Origin: Treponemataceae bacterium
Lineage (GTDB): Bacteria; Spirochaetota; Spirochaetia; Treponematales; Rectinemataceae
Length of the DNA stretch: 64,000 nucleotides
Assembly: GCA_963678065.2 (NCBI GenBank)
Contig: CAXXVZ010000005.1
Coordinates: 224,001 to 288,000 of the forward strand
Reading direction: 5' to 3'
The notes beneath the pieces were generated by a model. It ran no database searches, was not told where the DNA came from, and saw nothing but the letters and a program-made list of their open reading frames with translations. The position numbers were made by a program, and so were the translations under genes. Below are positions 38,014 through 49,849 of this stretch, piece after piece (position 1 is the first letter of the stretch; every line of letters starts with the position of its first letter).

Positions 38014-39762
38014 CTACTCTTCCAGAATCTGCTCGTCGATGGCCGCGCCGCCCGGGACCATGGGCAGAACGCGCTCGTCGATGTCGATGCGGGCGTCGAC
38101 GAGGGCAGCTTTGCCGGAACGGACGACAGCGAGGGCCGAGTCGAGGGCGGCTGTGAAGCTGCCTTCGTCCGCGGCGCGGAAGCCCGTGAGGTCGTAGGCT
38201 TCCGCGAGTTTGACGAAATCCGGCGGCCTGTCCAGGTTCGTGTTGGAGTAGCGGTCGTCGTAGAAGAAACTCTGCCACTGCCGCACCATGCCCAGGGTTC
38301 GGTTGTTCACGATGACGATGAGGATGGCGACGCCGAAGGAGGCAGCGGTCGCGAGCTCATTGCAGTTCATGCGGAACGAACCGTCGCCGGTCACGAGAAC
38401 GACGGTGCGGCCGGGATTCGCGATCTTGGAGCCGATGGCGGCGCCCAGGCCGAAGCCCATGGTGCCCAAGCCCCCCGAGCTTATGAACGTGCGCGGCTTC
38501 GAGAAGGGATAGAACTGGGCCGTCCACATCTGATGCTGTCCGACGTCGGTGGCGACGATGGCGTCGTCGCCTACGCGGGCGTGGATTTCTTCCATTATAA
38601 AGCGAGGGTGCAGAGGGGTCTCGCGCGAGTGGGCGCTGGGCACAACCTTCTTCCATTCCTCGATCTCGCCGTTCCAGGTCGACCTGCTCCGCGCCGGAAG
38701 TTCGGCCAACAGGCTCCCGAGCACATCCTTGATGTCGCCGACGATGGAGAATTCCGTGCGGATGTTCTTGTTGATCTCGGCCGGGTCGATATCGATGTGG
38801 AGGATTTTGGCGTTGACGGCGAAGCGGTCGGCGCGGCTCACGACGCGGTCAGAGAACCGCGCGCCGATGGCGAGGACGAGGTCGGCGTTCTGCATGGCCG
38901 TGTTGGAGGCCTTCGTGCCGTGCATGCCGATCATGCCGGTCGCGAGGGGGTGAGAGTAGGGAAAGGCCCCCTGCCCCATGAGACTAGTCGCGACCGGCGC
39001 ATGCAGGCGCTCGGCCAGCTCTTTGAGCTCCGCGCTGGCCTCGGAGCTGATGACGCCGCCGCCCGCATAGATGAAGGGTTTTTCGGCCGCGGCGAGGAGT
39101 CCCGCCGCCTTCCGGATCTCGTCGGGCGTGAAAGTGCTCCGCGCCGCGCGGGAATCCAGACGCCTGCCTCGCGCGAGCGTCACGAGGTCGGAAGAACTCA
39201 CGCTCTCCGCCCGGTCCGGAGCGAGGCCATCAGCGGCCAGGGGTTCCCATTCGGCCATCGCAGCGGAGACATCCTTGGGGATGTCGACGAGGACGGGGCC
39301 GGGCCTGCCCGAGCGCGCCGTGAGGAAAGCCTCGCGCATGACTTCCGCGAGCTCTGACGCGCTGCGGACGATCCAGTTGTGCTTCGTGATCGGCATGGTG
39401 ACGCCGGCGATGTCGACTTCCTGGAAACTGTCCTTGCCGAGGAGGGGCGTCGCGACGTTGCCGGTGATGGCCACCATGGGGATGGAGTCCATGTAGGCCG
39501 TCGCGATGCCGGTCACGAGGTTGGTCGCGCCGGGACCGGAGGTCGCGAGGCAGACGCCGACCTTGCCCGAGGACCGCGCGTAGCCGTCGGCCGCGTGGGC
39601 CGCGCCCTGTTCGTGGCTCGTGAGGATGTGTCTGATCCTGTGCTTCTGCTTGAAGAGTTCGTCGTAGATATAGAGAACCGTGCCTCCTGGATAGCCGAAA
39701 ATGGTGTCCACTCCCTGCTCGATGAGACACTCGATCAAGATTCTCGATCCCGAATACTGCAT
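38014..39762 (-). CDS. ilvB: Acetolactate synthase large subunit
   Basis: FGYPGG, HEQGAAHAADGYAR, TSGPGATN, DVGQHQMW, GDGSF.MN, LGMVRQWQ. Confidence 0.95.
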   Translation of the reverse strand: MQYSGSRILIECLIEQGVDTIFGYPGGTVLYIYDELFKQKHRIRHILTSHEQGAAHAADGYARSSGKVGVCLATSGPGATNLVTGIATAYMDSIPMVAITGNVATPLLGKDSFQEVDIAGVTMPITKHNWIVRSASELAEVMREAFLTARSGRPGPVLVDIPKDVSAAMAEWEPLAADGLAPDRAESVSSSDLVTLARGRRLDSRAARSTFTPDEIRKAAGLLAAAEKPFIYAGGGVISSEASAELKELAERLHAPVATSLMGQGAFPYSHPLATGMIGMHGTKASNTAMQNADLVLAIGARFSDRVVSRADRFAVNAKILHIDIDPAEINKNIRTEFSIVGDIKDVLGSLLAELPARSRSTWNGEIEEWKKVVPSAHSRETPLHPRFIMEEIHARVGDDAIVATDVGQHQMWTAQFYPFSKPRTFISSGGLGTMGFGLGAAIGSKIANPGRTVVLVTGDGSFRMNCNELATAASFGVAILIVIVNNRTLGMVRQWQSFFYDDRYSNTNLDRPPDFVKLAEAYDLTGFRAADEGSFTAALDSALAVVRSGKAALVDARIDIDERVLPMVPGGAAIDEQILEE

Positions 39763-39781
39763 TGTGATTCCTTGCCGGGCT

Positions 39782-40972
39782 CTATTTTCCCAGCATCTCG
39801 ACGACGCGGTCGCCCATGGCGGCCGTGCCGAGGATGACTTCCTTCTCCGAAGCGCCGGCGATGCCACTCATGGCGTCGCCACTCTTGGTGGCGACGCTGC
39901 GTCCGGCGATATCCCTTGTCCTGTAACCTGCATCGAGAACGGCGGCGACCGCCCTCTCTACAGATGACGCTTCTGTCTCCAGGCCGAAGGAATGGCGCAA
40001 CATCATGGCCACCGAGAGGATCGTGGCGAGGGGATTGGCGATATCCTTGCCGGCGATGTCGGGCGCGGAGCCATGGATGGGCTCGTAGAGGCCCATGGGT
40101 CCTTTTCGCGTTCCCGCGGCAGGCTCGTCGGCACCTAGACTGGCGCTCGCGGCGCGAGCGCCAGTCTCTTCTCCGAGACTCGCGCTCGCGAGCATTCCTA
40201 TGGAACCCGTCAGCACACTGGCCTCGTCGGAGAGGATGTCGCCGAAGAGGTTCGAGGTGACGATGACGTCGAACTGGCCGGGGCTGCGGACGAGCTGCAT
40301 GGCGCAGTTGTCGACATACATGTAGCTCGTCTCGACCTCGGGATAGTCTTTGCAGACACGGGCGGCGACTTCGCGCCAGAGCCGGGAAGACTCGAGGACG
40401 TTGGCCTTGTCGACCACGCAGAGCTTCTTCGAGCGCAGGAGGGCGGCGCGGTAGCCTGAGCGGAGGACGCGCTCGATCTCGGGGACGGAATAGAACTCGG
40501 TGTCCCATGCGCCCTGGCCGTCGGCGCTGCGGCCGCGCTCGCCGAAGTACAGGCCTCCGGTGAGTTCGCGCACGATGAGAAGGTCGAAGCCTTTGCCGAC
40601 AACCTCGTCCTTGAGGGGGCAGGCGTCCTTCAGCTGGGGCAGGAGGGCGGCGGGCCGGAGGTTGGCGAAGACGCCGAGACCGGCGCGAAGGCCGAGGAGG
40701 GCACGCTCGGGGCGGAGGTGACCGGGAAGCGTGTCCCACTTGGGTCCGCCGACAGCGCCGAGGAGGACGGCGTCCGAGGCCTTGGCTGCCGCGAGGGTCG
40801 CGTCGGGCAGGGGGACTCCCGTCGCGTCGATGGCGCAGCCGCCCGCAAGGAGGGTCGTGGTCGCGAACTCGTGGCCGAACTTCGCGCCGACCGCGCCGAG
40901 GACTTTCAGGGCTTCGCGGATGACATCGGGGCCGATGCCGTCGCCGGAAATTACCGCGATGGAGTACTTCAT
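39782..40972 (-). CDS. leuB: 3-isopropylmalate dehydrogenase
   Basis: [47 protein letters not shown]. Confidence 0.96.
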   Translation of the reverse strand: MKYSIAVISGDGIGPDVIREALKVLGAVGAKFGHEFATTTLLAGGCAIDATGVPLPDATLAAAKASDAVLLGAVGGPKWDTLPGHLRPERALLGLRAGLGVFANLRPAALLPQLKDACPLKDEVVGKGFDLLIVRELTGGLYFGERGRSADGQGAWDTEFYSVPEIERVLRSGYRAALLRSKKLCVVDKANVLESSRLWREVAARVCKDYPEVETSYMYVDNCAMQLVRSPGQFDVIVTSNLFGDILSDEASVLTGSIGMLASASLGEETGARAASASLGADEPAAGTRKGPMGLYEPIHGSAPDIAGKDIANPLATILSVAMMLRHSFGLETEASSVERAVAAVLDAGYRTRDIAGRSVATKSGDAMSGIAGASEKEVILGTAAMGDRVVEMLGK

Positions 40973-41583
40973 GCCTGGCCTCCCTGCGCCGCCGAAGGCG
41001 ATGGCTGAGGCGCAAAGGCGGTGGCGACTGGTTGCCCGGCGGCTGTGGTAACTGCGGCCGTGGCGGCTGCGGCCGCGAGCTTGCGCTTCGTCGCGGCGAC
41101 GAGTCCGCCTGCGTCGATCATGTCGCGGATAAAGGGCGGAAAGGGTCTCGCCTTCCAGCTACGCCCCGTGGAGAGTTCGCGGATCTCGCCTGAATCGAAA
41201 TCGACGGCGAGCTCGGCGCCGGCCTGGATCTCGGCCGCCGCCTGCGGGCACTCGAGGATGGCGAGGCCGATGTTGACGGCGTTGCGGTAGAAGATGCGGG
41301 CGAAGGAGGCCGCGATCACGCAGGATATGCCCGCGGCCTTTATCGCGATGGGCGCGTGCTCGCGGCTCGAGCCGCAGCCGAAGTTATCGAGAGCCACCAT
41401 GATGTCGCCCGGTTTCACGCGTTTCGTGAAGGCCGTGTCGATATCCTCCATGCAGTGGACGGCGAGCTCGGCCGGATCGGCCGTCGTGAGGTAGCGCGCC
41501 GGGATGATGACGTCGGTGTCGACGTCGTTTCCGTATTTGTGGACGAATCCGCGCGCGGTCGTCGCCTGTGCCGTGTTTTCCAT
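40969..41583 (-). CDS. leuD: 3-isopropylmalate dehydratase small subunit
   Basis: [38 protein letters not shown]. Confidence 0.95.
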   Translation of the reverse strand: MENTAQATTARGFVHKYGNDVDTDVIIPARYLTTADPAELAVHCMEDIDTAFTKRVKPGDIMVALDNFGCGSSREHAPIAIKAAGISCVIAASFARIFYRNAVNIGLAILECPQAAAEIQAGAELAVDFDSGEIRELSTGRSWKARPFPPFIRDMIDAGGLVAATKRKLAAAAATAAVTTAAGQPVATAFAPQPSPSAAQGGQA

Positions 41584-41596
41584 GTTCACTCCTCTT

Positions 41597-42952
41597 TTAG
41601 TGTGCCGCGACAGCGCCGGCTGTCCCGGGGGTGCCGGAGACCCCGGCGGCTTTGGGGGCGGCGAACTGCGCCTTGCGGTCGGGCGCGGGGGCCCCGACAT
41701 CCTCAGGTACAGCGATGTGTCCGACGAGGGCCGAGGCGGCCGCCACGGCGGGACTCGCGAGGTAGACTTCCGATTCCACGTGCCCCATGCGGCCGACGAA
41801 GTTGCGGTTTGTCGTCGCCACCGCGCGCTCGCCCGCCGCGAGGATGCCCATGTGCCCGCCGAGACAGGGCCCGCAGGTGGGTGTCGAGAAGACGGCGCCC
41901 GCCTCGACGAAGGTCTCGATGAGCCCCTCGCGCAGGGCCTCGAGATATATCTTCTGCGTCGCCGGGAAGACGATGCAGCGCAGGCCCTTCGCAACTTTCT
42001 TCCCTTTGAGGATGGAGGCGGCGATGCGCAGGTCGGAGAGCCGGCCGTTGGTGCAGGAGCCGATCACGACCTGGTCCACCGCGATGTCGCGCGAGGCCGC
42101 CGCGAGGCGGGTGTTCGAGGGCAGGTGGGGGAAGGAGACCGTCGGTTCCAAGGCCGAGAGATCGATCTCGTACGTGGCGTCGTAGACGGCGTCGGGGTCG
42201 GCCTCGTAGATGGTGGCGGGCCTCGCGCCGGAGCCGGCGAGGTAGGCCAGAGTCGCTGAGTCCACCGGGAAGATGCCGTTCTTGCCGCCCGCCTCGATGG
42301 CCATGTTGGCGATGGTGAAGCGCTCGTCCATGGAGAGGGCCGCGACGCCGGGCCCTGAGAACTCCATCGACTTGTACAGGGCCCCGTCCACGCCGATCAA
42401 CCCGATGATGTGGAGGATGAGGTCCTTGCCGGAGACCCAGCCCTTCGGTGCGCCTTTAAGAACGAAGCGCAGGGCCGAAGGCACGCGGAACCAGGTCGTT
42501 CCGACTGCCATGGCGCAGGCCATGTCCGTGGAGCCGACGCCCGTGGAGAAGGCGCCGAGGGCTCCGTAGGTGCAGGTGTGGCTGTCCGCGCCGATGACGG
42601 CGTCGCCTGCCGTCACGAGGCCTTTTTCCGGCAACAGGGCATGCTCGATGCCCATCTCGCCGACCTCGAAGTAGTTCTCGATGTCCTGGGCGCGCGCAAA
42701 CTCGCGGATGCGTTTGCACTGCTCGGCGGCCTTGATGTCCTTGTTCGGCGTGAAGTGATCGGGCACGAGCACGACCTTCTTTTTGTCGAAGACGACGGAG
42801 GCTCCGGTCTTCTTGAACTCGAGGAGGGCGGGCGGCGCGGTCACATCGTTCCCGAGCACGAGATCGAGCTTCGCCTCGATGAGCTGGCCCGCTTCCACGG
42901 ACGGAAGTCCCGCGTGCGCGGCAAGGATTTTCTGGGTCATCGTCATTCCCAT
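41597..42952 (-). CDS. leuC: 3-isopropylmalate dehydratase large subunit
   Basis: [37 protein letters not shown]. Confidence 0.95.
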   Translation of the reverse strand: MGMTMTQKILAAHAGLPSVEAGQLIEAKLDLVLGNDVTAPPALLEFKKTGASVVFDKKKVVLVPDHFTPNKDIKAAEQCKRIREFARAQDIENYFEVGEMGIEHALLPEKGLVTAGDAVIGADSHTCTYGALGAFSTGVGSTDMACAMAVGTTWFRVPSALRFVLKGAPKGWVSGKDLILHIIGLIGVDGALYKSMEFSGPGVAALSMDERFTIANMAIEAGGKNGIFPVDSATLAYLAGSGARPATIYEADPDAVYDATYEIDLSALEPTVSFPHLPSNTRLAAASRDIAVDQVVIGSCTNGRLSDLRIAASILKGKKVAKGLRCIVFPATQKIYLEALREGLIETFVEAGAVFSTPTCGPCLGGHMGILAAGERAVATTNRNFVGRMGHVESEVYLASPAVAAASALVGHIAVPEDVGAPAPDRKAQFAAPKAAGVSGTPGTAGAVAAH

Positions 42953-42962
42953 GTTCAGGCTC

Positions 42963-44645
42963 CTACAGATAAGCTTTGTAGCGACGTTCGATGTCGCGGA
43001 TGAGTTTGTACTCGATTGAATCGACGAGGGCGATGCGGCTCGCGTCGATGATGTCGGTGGATACGCCGACGGTGGTCCACACTTCCCTGCCGTCCGTCGA
43101 CTCTATGAGGACGCGGACCTTGGCCGCTGTCGCCGCGGTGCCGTCGATCACGCGCACCTTGTAGTCGGAGAGACGCGCCTGCGCGAGTTCGGGGTAGAAT
43201 CGCTCGAGGGCGCGGCGCAGCGCGCGGTCCATGGCGTTGACTGGACCGTCTCCTTCGGCCGCGGCGATCTCCGGCACTCCTTCGACCACGACCTTGACCC
43301 AGGCGTTGGAGCAGCTCGAGGCGTCGGCGGGCGGGTGCTCGCTCACGACACGGTAGCGCTCCAGCTCGAAAAGAGGCTTGTAACGGCCGAGTTCGCGGCG
43401 CACGAGGAGCTCGAAGCTCTGGTCGGCGCCCTCGAACTGCCATCCCTGGGACTCGAGTTCCTTGACCCGGTCGGCAATGGCGGCCGCGGCAGGGTGATCC
43501 TTGGTGATCGACGGATCGATGAGCCTCGCCCTCTCCACGATGGCCGAGCGTCCACCCACCTCGCTCATGAGGAATCGCCTGTCGTTGCCGACAAGCTCGG
43601 GGTTCACATGCTCGAAGGAGGCGCGGATCTTGGCGATGCCGTCGACATGCATGCCCGCCTTGTGGGCGAAGGCGCGGGTCCCGACGTAGGGCATGCCGTC
43701 CGGAACGGAGACGTTGGAAACTTCGGCGACCCGCCTCGTGAGCGCGGATATCTGCGCGAGATGGCCCTTGGGGAGACATGAGAGCTTCAGCTTGAGCTCG
43801 ATGCTGGGCAGGATGGCCGCCAGGGCCGCGTTGCCGCAGCGCTCCCCGAATCCGACGAGGGTGCCCTGGATGTGGCGGGCTCCCGCGGCGACCGCGGCCA
43901 CCGTGTTGGCGGTCGCCATGCCTGTGTCGTCGTGGGCGTGGATTCCTACGGGGATGGCCGCGCATCCCGGCTTCGCGAGGCGGGCGACGAGGTCGACGAC
44001 CTCGCGCACTCCCTCGGCCACGGCGTCGGGAAAGGTGCCGCCGTTGGTGTCGCACAGGACGATGCGGTCCGCTCCGGCCCCGATTGCAGCCTCGAGGGTG
44101 AGGCGCGCATACGCGGGGTCGGCCTTCCTGCCGTCGAAATAGTGCTCGGCGTCGTAGATGACGAGCTTGCCCGCCTCTTTGAAGAAGGCGACCGTCTCGC
44201 GGATCATCGCGAGATTCTCCTCGAGACTCGCCCTGATCACTTCGCGGACGTGGAGGTCCCAGGATTTTCCGAAGATGACGACGGCGGGCGTGCCCGCGAG
44301 GAGGAGGTTCCGGACATTCGAGTCCTCAGCCGCGGCGACGCCCTTCTTCCTCGTCGAGCCGAAGGCGCAGAGCTTCGAGGTGACGAGGCCGAGATTGCCG
44401 GATTCCCTGAAGAATTCGAGGTCCTTGGGGTTGGAGCCGGGGTTGCCCGCCTCGATCCAGGCGACGCCCAGCTCATCGAGCGTCTTCGCGACGGCGATCT
44501 TGTCGGCCACGGAGAAGGATATTCCCTCGCCCTGGGCGCCGTCGCGCAGCGTCGTGTCGAGCACTTCGACCGCGGGCCAGGCCGTGCCGGCTCCAGGAAG
44601 CCCTGCCTCAGGCGCGGCGTTCGCTTTCAATTCGGGACTACACAC
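42963..44645 (-). CDS. cimA: Citramalate synthase
   Basis: [60 protein letters not shown]. Start approximate. Confidence 0.92.
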   Translation of the reverse strand: MCSPELKANAAPEAGLPGAGTAWPAVEVLDTTLRDGAQGEGISFSVADKIAVAKTLDELGVAWIEAGNPGSNPKDLEFFRESGNLGLVTSKLCAFGSTRKKGVAAAEDSNVRNLLLAGTPAVVIFGKSWDLHVREVIRASLEENLAMIRETVAFFKEAGKLVIYDAEHYFDGRKADPAYARLTLEAAIGAGADRIVLCDTNGGTFPDAVAEGVREVVDLVARLAKPGCAAIPVGIHAHDDTGMATANTVAAVAAGARHIQGTLVGFGERCGNAALAAILPSIELKLKLSCLPKGHLAQISALTRRVAEVSNVSVPDGMPYVGTRAFAHKAGMHVDGIAKIRASFEHVNPELVGNDRRFLMSEVGGRSAIVERARLIDPSITKDHPAAAAIADRVKELESQGWQFEGADQSFELLVRRELGRYKPLFELERYRVVSEHPPADASSCSNAWVKVVVEGVPEIAAAEGDGPVNAMDRALRRALERFYPELAQARLSDYKVRVIDGTAATAAKVRVLIESTDGREVWTTVGVSTDIIDASRIALVDSIEYKLIRDIERRYKAYL

Positions 44646-46236
44646 TTTCTTCCACTTCCTTCCGGGTCTCAGGATCGAGGGCGGCCGTCCCGCCTGAAGA
44701 TGTCGTCCCGCCATCGCCTGATGATTCGAGCTCCCACTCCATCGCGTTTATCGCGGCCACATAGGCCTTGATCGAGGCCTCGATGATGTCGGTGGAGAGG
44801 CCGTGGCCGTTCCACCTCCTGCCGTCCCAGGCAATCTTGACTGTCGCCTCGCCCTGGGCGTCCTGTCCGCCTGTCACCGAGGAGAGGGAGAAGTCTTCGA
44901 GCGTGAGATCCTCGCCGATGACCGCGTCGATGGCCTTGAAGGCCGCGTCGATGGGGCCGTCGCCGACGGAGACCTTCTCGATGACCTCACCCGACTTGTG
45001 TATGAGGCGGATCGTGCTCGTCGCGGAGAGCGAGGAGCCGGAATTGACGACGAAGCGGTCGAGCCTCCAGGTCTCCGGAGCGGAGGAGAGGGCGCCCCGG
45101 ACCAAGGCTTCGATGTCGCGGTCGCTGACGACCTTCTTCTTGTCCGCGAGGAGCTTGAACTGCGCGAAGGCCTCCGCGGCCCCCTCCGCTTCGGGGTTGA
45201 AGCCGAGTTCGCGCAGCCTGTCGTCGAAGGCGTGGCGGCCTGAGTGCTTGCCGAGGACCATCTTGTTGGCGGTCAGCCCGACGGACTCAGGGGTCATGAT
45301 CTCGTAGGTCGCGCGGTTGGCGAGGACGCCGTGCTGGTGGATTCCCGCCTCGTGGGCGAAGGCGTTCTCGCCGACGATGGCCTTGTTGGGCTGGACCTTG
45401 ACGCCGGTGACCGAGGAAACGAAGTGGCTCGCGTCCCATATCCTCGTCGTGTCCACTCCGCAATCCAGATCGAAGAGGTCGTGCCGCGTGCGGAGATTCA
45501 TGACAATCTCTTCGAGAGAGGCGTTGCCCGCGCGCTCCCCGAGTCCGTTCAGCGTGCACTCGAGCTGGCCGGCCCCGACGCGGGCCGCGGCTAGGGTGTT
45601 CGCCACGGCGAGGCCGAGATCGTTGTGGCAGTGGACGGAGACGAGGGCTTTTTCGATGCCCTGTGTCCCTTCGATCACGGCCTTCACGATAGAGGCGAAT
45701 TCGTCGGGGTAGGAGTAGCCGACTGTATCGGGAATGTTGATGACCGTGGCGCCTGCCGCGATGACCGCCCCGAAAACCCTGCACAGAAAGGCCGGGTCGC
45801 TCCGCGAAGCGTCCTCGGCGGAAAACTCGATATCGGGGCAGAGGCGCTTCGCGTACCTGACGGAGGCGACAGCCCTCTCGACGACTTCGTCCATGCTCAT
45901 CCTGAGCTTGTGCTCCATGTGGATGGGCGACGTCGCGATGAAGGTGTGGATGACGGGGCGGCGCGCCTTGGACAAGGATTCCCAGGCGGCGTCGATGTCT
46001 TTTTCAAGGGCTCGGGCGAGGCCCGCCACGGCGCAGTCCCGCACCGTTCCCGCCACGGCCTTCACCGCGGCCAGGTCTCCCGGGCTCGCGGCAGGAAAAC
46101 CCGCCTCCATGACGTCGACGCCGAGCCTCTCCAGCCTGCGCGCGACTTCGACTTTCTCCTGCAGGTTCATGCTGCAGCCCGGCGCCTGTTCTCCGTCGCG
46201 GAGCGTCGTATCGAAAATCCTGATGATTCTGGCCAT
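44638..46236 (-). CDS. leuA: 2-isopropylmalate synthase
   Basis: [57 protein letters not shown]. Confidence 0.96.
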   Translation of the reverse strand: MARIIRIFDTTLRDGEQAPGCSMNLQEKVEVARRLERLGVDVMEAGFPAASPGDLAAVKAVAGTVRDCAVAGLARALEKDIDAAWESLSKARRPVIHTFIATSPIHMEHKLRMSMDEVVERAVASVRYAKRLCPDIEFSAEDASRSDPAFLCRVFGAVIAAGATVINIPDTVGYSYPDEFASIVKAVIEGTQGIEKALVSVHCHNDLGLAVANTLAAARVGAGQLECTLNGLGERAGNASLEEIVMNLRTRHDLFDLDCGVDTTRIWDASHFVSSVTGVKVQPNKAIVGENAFAHEAGIHQHGVLANRATYEIMTPESVGLTANKMVLGKHSGRHAFDDRLRELGFNPEAEGAAEAFAQFKLLADKKKVVSDRDIEALVRGALSSAPETWRLDRFVVNSGSSLSATSTIRLIHKSGEVIEKVSVGDGPIDAAFKAIDAVIGEDLTLEDFSLSSVTGGQDAQGEATVKIAWDGRRWNGHGLSTDIIEASIKAYVAAINAMEWELESSGDGGTTSSGGTAALDPETRKEVEESV

Positions 46237-46372
46237 ATACACTTCCTCCTCGTGCGCGTATACCTCGCGCATCGGTTTCGTCTGTGAGTATTTACGGCGC
46301 CGCCGGTTAAAGGGGGGATGGCCTTCCGGATGATATCCGGGAAACCGAGCCGCCTTTACAGGTCGACGCCGG

Positions 46373-46885
46373 TCAAAGGCTAATAATGCTGTTAAGGCTT
46401 AGGGCGAGCGGGCCGCGGTCCAGGGCTACGAGGCCGGTGCGGGCAAGCTCGAGAATGCCGTAGGGGCGAAGGAGAAGGAGGAGGCCTTCGAGCTTCTCGG
46501 AGTCGCCCGTGGCCTCGATAATGATGGTGGAGGGGGTTACATCGATGATTCGGGAGCGGAAAATGGAGGCGATTTCGATCACTGCGGGGCGGGTTTTCTC
46601 GTCGGCGGAAACCTTGACGAGGAGCAGTTCGCGGCGGACCGAGGACTCGGAATCGACTTCGCGCACGGCGATCACGTCGACGAGTTTGGCCAGCTGCTTC
46701 ACGATCTGCTCGAGGACGGAGTCGTCTCCCCTCGCCGCTATGGTCATACGCGAAACGGCCGGATCTTCCGTTTCGCCAACCGTCAGCCCGTCGATATTGT
46801 AGCCTCGACGGCTGAACAGGCCCGACACACGGCTGAGAGTACCTGCACGGTTCTCAACCAGCGCGGACACGACATGGCGTTTCAT
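46373..46885 (-). CDS. ilvN: Acetolactate synthase small subunit
   Basis: LVEN..G.LSRVSGLFSRRGYNI..L.VG.TE, RELLLVKV, ELARTG. Confidence 0.95.
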   Translation of the reverse strand: MKRHVVSALVENRAGTLSRVSGLFSRRGYNIDGLTVGETEDPAVSRMTIAARGDDSVLEQIVKQLAKLVDVIAVREVDSESSVRRELLLVKVSADEKTRPAVIEIASIFRSRIIDVTPSTIIIEATGDSEKLEGLLLLLRPYGILELARTGLVALDRGPLALSLNSIISL

Positions 46886-46982
46886 GCCTGCCTCCCGGTG
46901 ATACCTTCCGCGGCGGGCGCTTCATGCGCCTCCGGCACGGCGAAAATGCGGCTTCCTGCGCGCATTTCAAAGGTTGAACCTG

Positions 46983-47011
46983 AGGATGACGAGGAGGCTT
47001 TCAGCTGTCAA
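46983..47011 (-). promoter_or_regulatory. Candidate ilv-leu operon promoter
   Basis: Minus-strand TTGACA-17 bp-CATCCT. Confidence 0.5.
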
Positions 47012-47084
47012 GCCTGAAAAATCGGATTTTTTGCGAAAAAATGCAGGACAAGGCGTATTTTTAAAATATTTACCTTGTATAATG

Positions 47085-47139
47085 AATGAAATTTCATTTA
47101 AAAATATCGCGTTTCAAATATTGCAACTCGTGATATAAT
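47085..47139 (+). promoter_or_regulatory. Palindrome and extended -10 upstream of glmS
   Basis: Perfect 14-bp palindrome AATGAAATTTCATT 47085-47098; TGaTATAAT at 47131-47139. Confidence 0.5.
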
Positions 47140-47215
47140 GCAAACTTCCTTGAATCCGAGCCCTCGGGCTTTCTTCCGCCGGGGCCGGCACCCGGGAAAG
47201 CGAGGAGCCTACAGC

Positions 47216-49761
47216 ATGTGCGGGATAGTATCCATAATCTACCGGGAAGAGAACCCGGAGATCGGCAGGGAGGCTGTCGCCCTGCTCAAGAGGCTCGAAT
47301 ACCGCGGATATGACTCGACGGGAGCCTCGTTCATCGACGCAAAAAAGGGCATCAGCCTCATGAAGAAGGTGGGCGCGCCCTCGCGGGTCTGCGCCGAACT
47401 GCAAATCGACCGGCAATCCGGGCAGCGCTTCATCGGCCAAGTACGCTGGGCGACCTACGGGGCCGTCACCGACGTCAACAGCCAGCCGCACAGGGTACGC
47501 TGCAAGGTCGAGATGGTCGGCGCGCACAACGGGAATATCTCCAACACGGACAGCCTCAAGGCCTGGCTTACGGCCAGGGGACACGCGGTCGTCTCCGACA
47601 ACGACGGAGAAATCATCGTGCACATGGTCGAGGAGCACTACGCGGCTGCGCAGTCCCGCTCCAGCGCCGTCCTCCAGGAAATGCGCCAGGCCTTCTCCAT
47701 CTCTGGGCTCAGGGAAGGCGTCCCCGACGGGGTATTCCTCATGATCGACGCGATACGCAGGGCGGAAGCCCTGGCCGAAGGATCCTACGCCGCGGCGGTC
47801 GCCGATCCCGAACTGCCGGGAGTCTTCGCGATCAAGTCGGGCTCCTCGCTCTACGCCGGCATGGGAACGGACGCCGCAGGAGACTTCATCGTCGTCTCGT
47901 CGGATCTCACCTCGGTCCTGTCCAAGACGAGGGCACTCATCCCCCTCTCGGAAGGAGAAGGCCTCTGGTTCACCGAGAAAGGCTACCTCGTCTTCTCCCT
48001 CAAAGGAGCATGCTCGTTCAGCAAGCCCCGCCTGCGCCGGTCGCGGCTCTCCGTCAGCGATACCGCCCTCGACCCGCGCTACCGCCACTACATGCAGCAG
48101 GAAATCCTCGGAAGCCCGCCAACATCGAGAAGATAATCCGCTACTATTTCCGCGACCCCGCGGAGGATGCACTCGCGTCCGTCTTCGAAGACAGGCGGAC
48201 AGAGTGCAAGTCGGTGACGGACGCGGTGGCCGAACTCTCCGAGCGCTTCGGCGCGGAAGCGCTCGGCAGGGGACTCGCAGAGATTCTCTCGGGCCCCGAA
48301 TACGCCGACATCCGCGCCCGTGTCGCTGCCGCGACAGGACGAGTCACCGCGACATCGCTGTCCACAATGGCGGGACGCGCCTCCGAGGCATCACCGGTAT
48401 CGGCGGCGGGCTCGGCGGCCGATGCCGGGCCGGGACCGCGTTTCGTCTCCGACGAGGCGGAACTCCTCGCCGAACTCGCCCGCGACGCTCCCGGAAGGAC
48501 CGCCGACCTCGCCCTTCTGGACAGAATCTTCGTCTGGCGCAAGCGCAGGGCCGTCACCCGCTATCTTGGGGAACTCAAGGACGCCATCGCCGAGACGAAG
48601 CGTTCGGGAGGAAAGATCTACCTCATCGCCTCAGGCACGTCCTACCACGCTGCCCTGACTGCGGCCTATTTCTTCGACAACCTCGCCGGCATCCCCGTTT
48701 TCCCCTGCAATCCCGGCATGTTCCGCTCGATGTACTTCTCCTCGCTGACAGACAGGGATTTCATCCTCGGCATCACGCAGTCGGGCGAGACAAAAGATCT
48801 CGTCGACATCTTCCTCGACGCGAAGGCCAGGGTTCCGGGCCTAAGACGTGCCTGCCTCGTCAACAACGAGAACAGCCGCATCCCGCAGGAGCTCTGCGAT
48901 TTCTACCTCCCCATCCTCTGTGGGCCGGAGATTGCCGTCGCCGCCACGAAATCCTTCATGAACCAGCTCGCCATCCTCTACCTCGTCGCGTCTGGGTTCA
49001 CCCTGCCCGAGCGGAAGATCGCGGAAAAGCTTTGCACCGTGCAGGCACTTCTCGGCGGAACCCTCGAACTCGCGGCGAAGGGGATCGAGGAGGTCGCCTC
49101 CCATCTCCACCTGAAACCCTCGATGCACATTCTCGGAACGAGTCTCATCGGACTCGCGCGCGAAGGCGCCCTCAAGATACGGGAAGTAGTCCTCAACCAC
49201 ACGGAAGGCTACGACGCGGCCGAGTTCAAGCACGGGCCGAACACCATCCTCGGGAAAAACACCATCTTCTCGGTCGAAGACCTGGCGAAGGCCATCGACG
49301 CCTACCGCAGCGCCATCGGCGACCAGCCGGAGCTCGCCTCCCGGGACGCCCTCGACGTGCTGCGCGCCCGGCCCGAGATCATCGGCGGGCTCTTCACGGG
49401 CTACCCCCTCGTCTTCGTCTGTCCTCCCGACGACAGGGATGTGCGCATCACGGTGAGCCAGATCCACACCCACAAAATCCGCGGCGCCGATATCATCCTC
49501 ATCGCGGAGAGGCGCCAGGATCTCGCCCTCGCGGTGGAGGGAATCCCCATGGGCGACGAGGACTACTGGTCGAAATACATCGAGCTTCCCTACACTGGGG
49601 ACCGCAATCTCTTCGTGTTTTCCGCGGCCATCGTCCTTCAGCACCTCGCGTACCGCATGTCGGTGCTGAAGATGGAGTGGCTGGACGCTCTCGGCGTGGC
49701 CGGGCACGGCGTCCACCCCGACGTGCCCAAGAACGTGTCCAAGTCGATCACCGTGGATTGA
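47216..49761 (+). pseudogene. glmS: Glutamine-fructose-6-phosphate aminotransferase, frameshifted at about 48116 (possibly a sequencing error)
   Basis: MCGIV, RLEYRGYDS, RWAT, HNG, HYMQQEI in ORF 47138-48136; SGTSYHA, QSGET.D, EIAVAATK, EGALKIRE, EFKHGP, PKNVSKSITVD in ORF 48010-49761. One extra C in AGCCCGCC joins them. Confidence 0.85.
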
Positions 49762-49849
49762 AGACCGCCTCGGGCGAGGCGACGAGAGGGCGGGGTCGAG
49801 GCTGTACGGCCGCAGGCGAGGAGCCGGGTCGATCAGGGAGGTATCTGAA

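Noticed and set aside
47140..47215. glmS ribozyme
   Set aside because: The leader is too short and its conserved core was not recognised.
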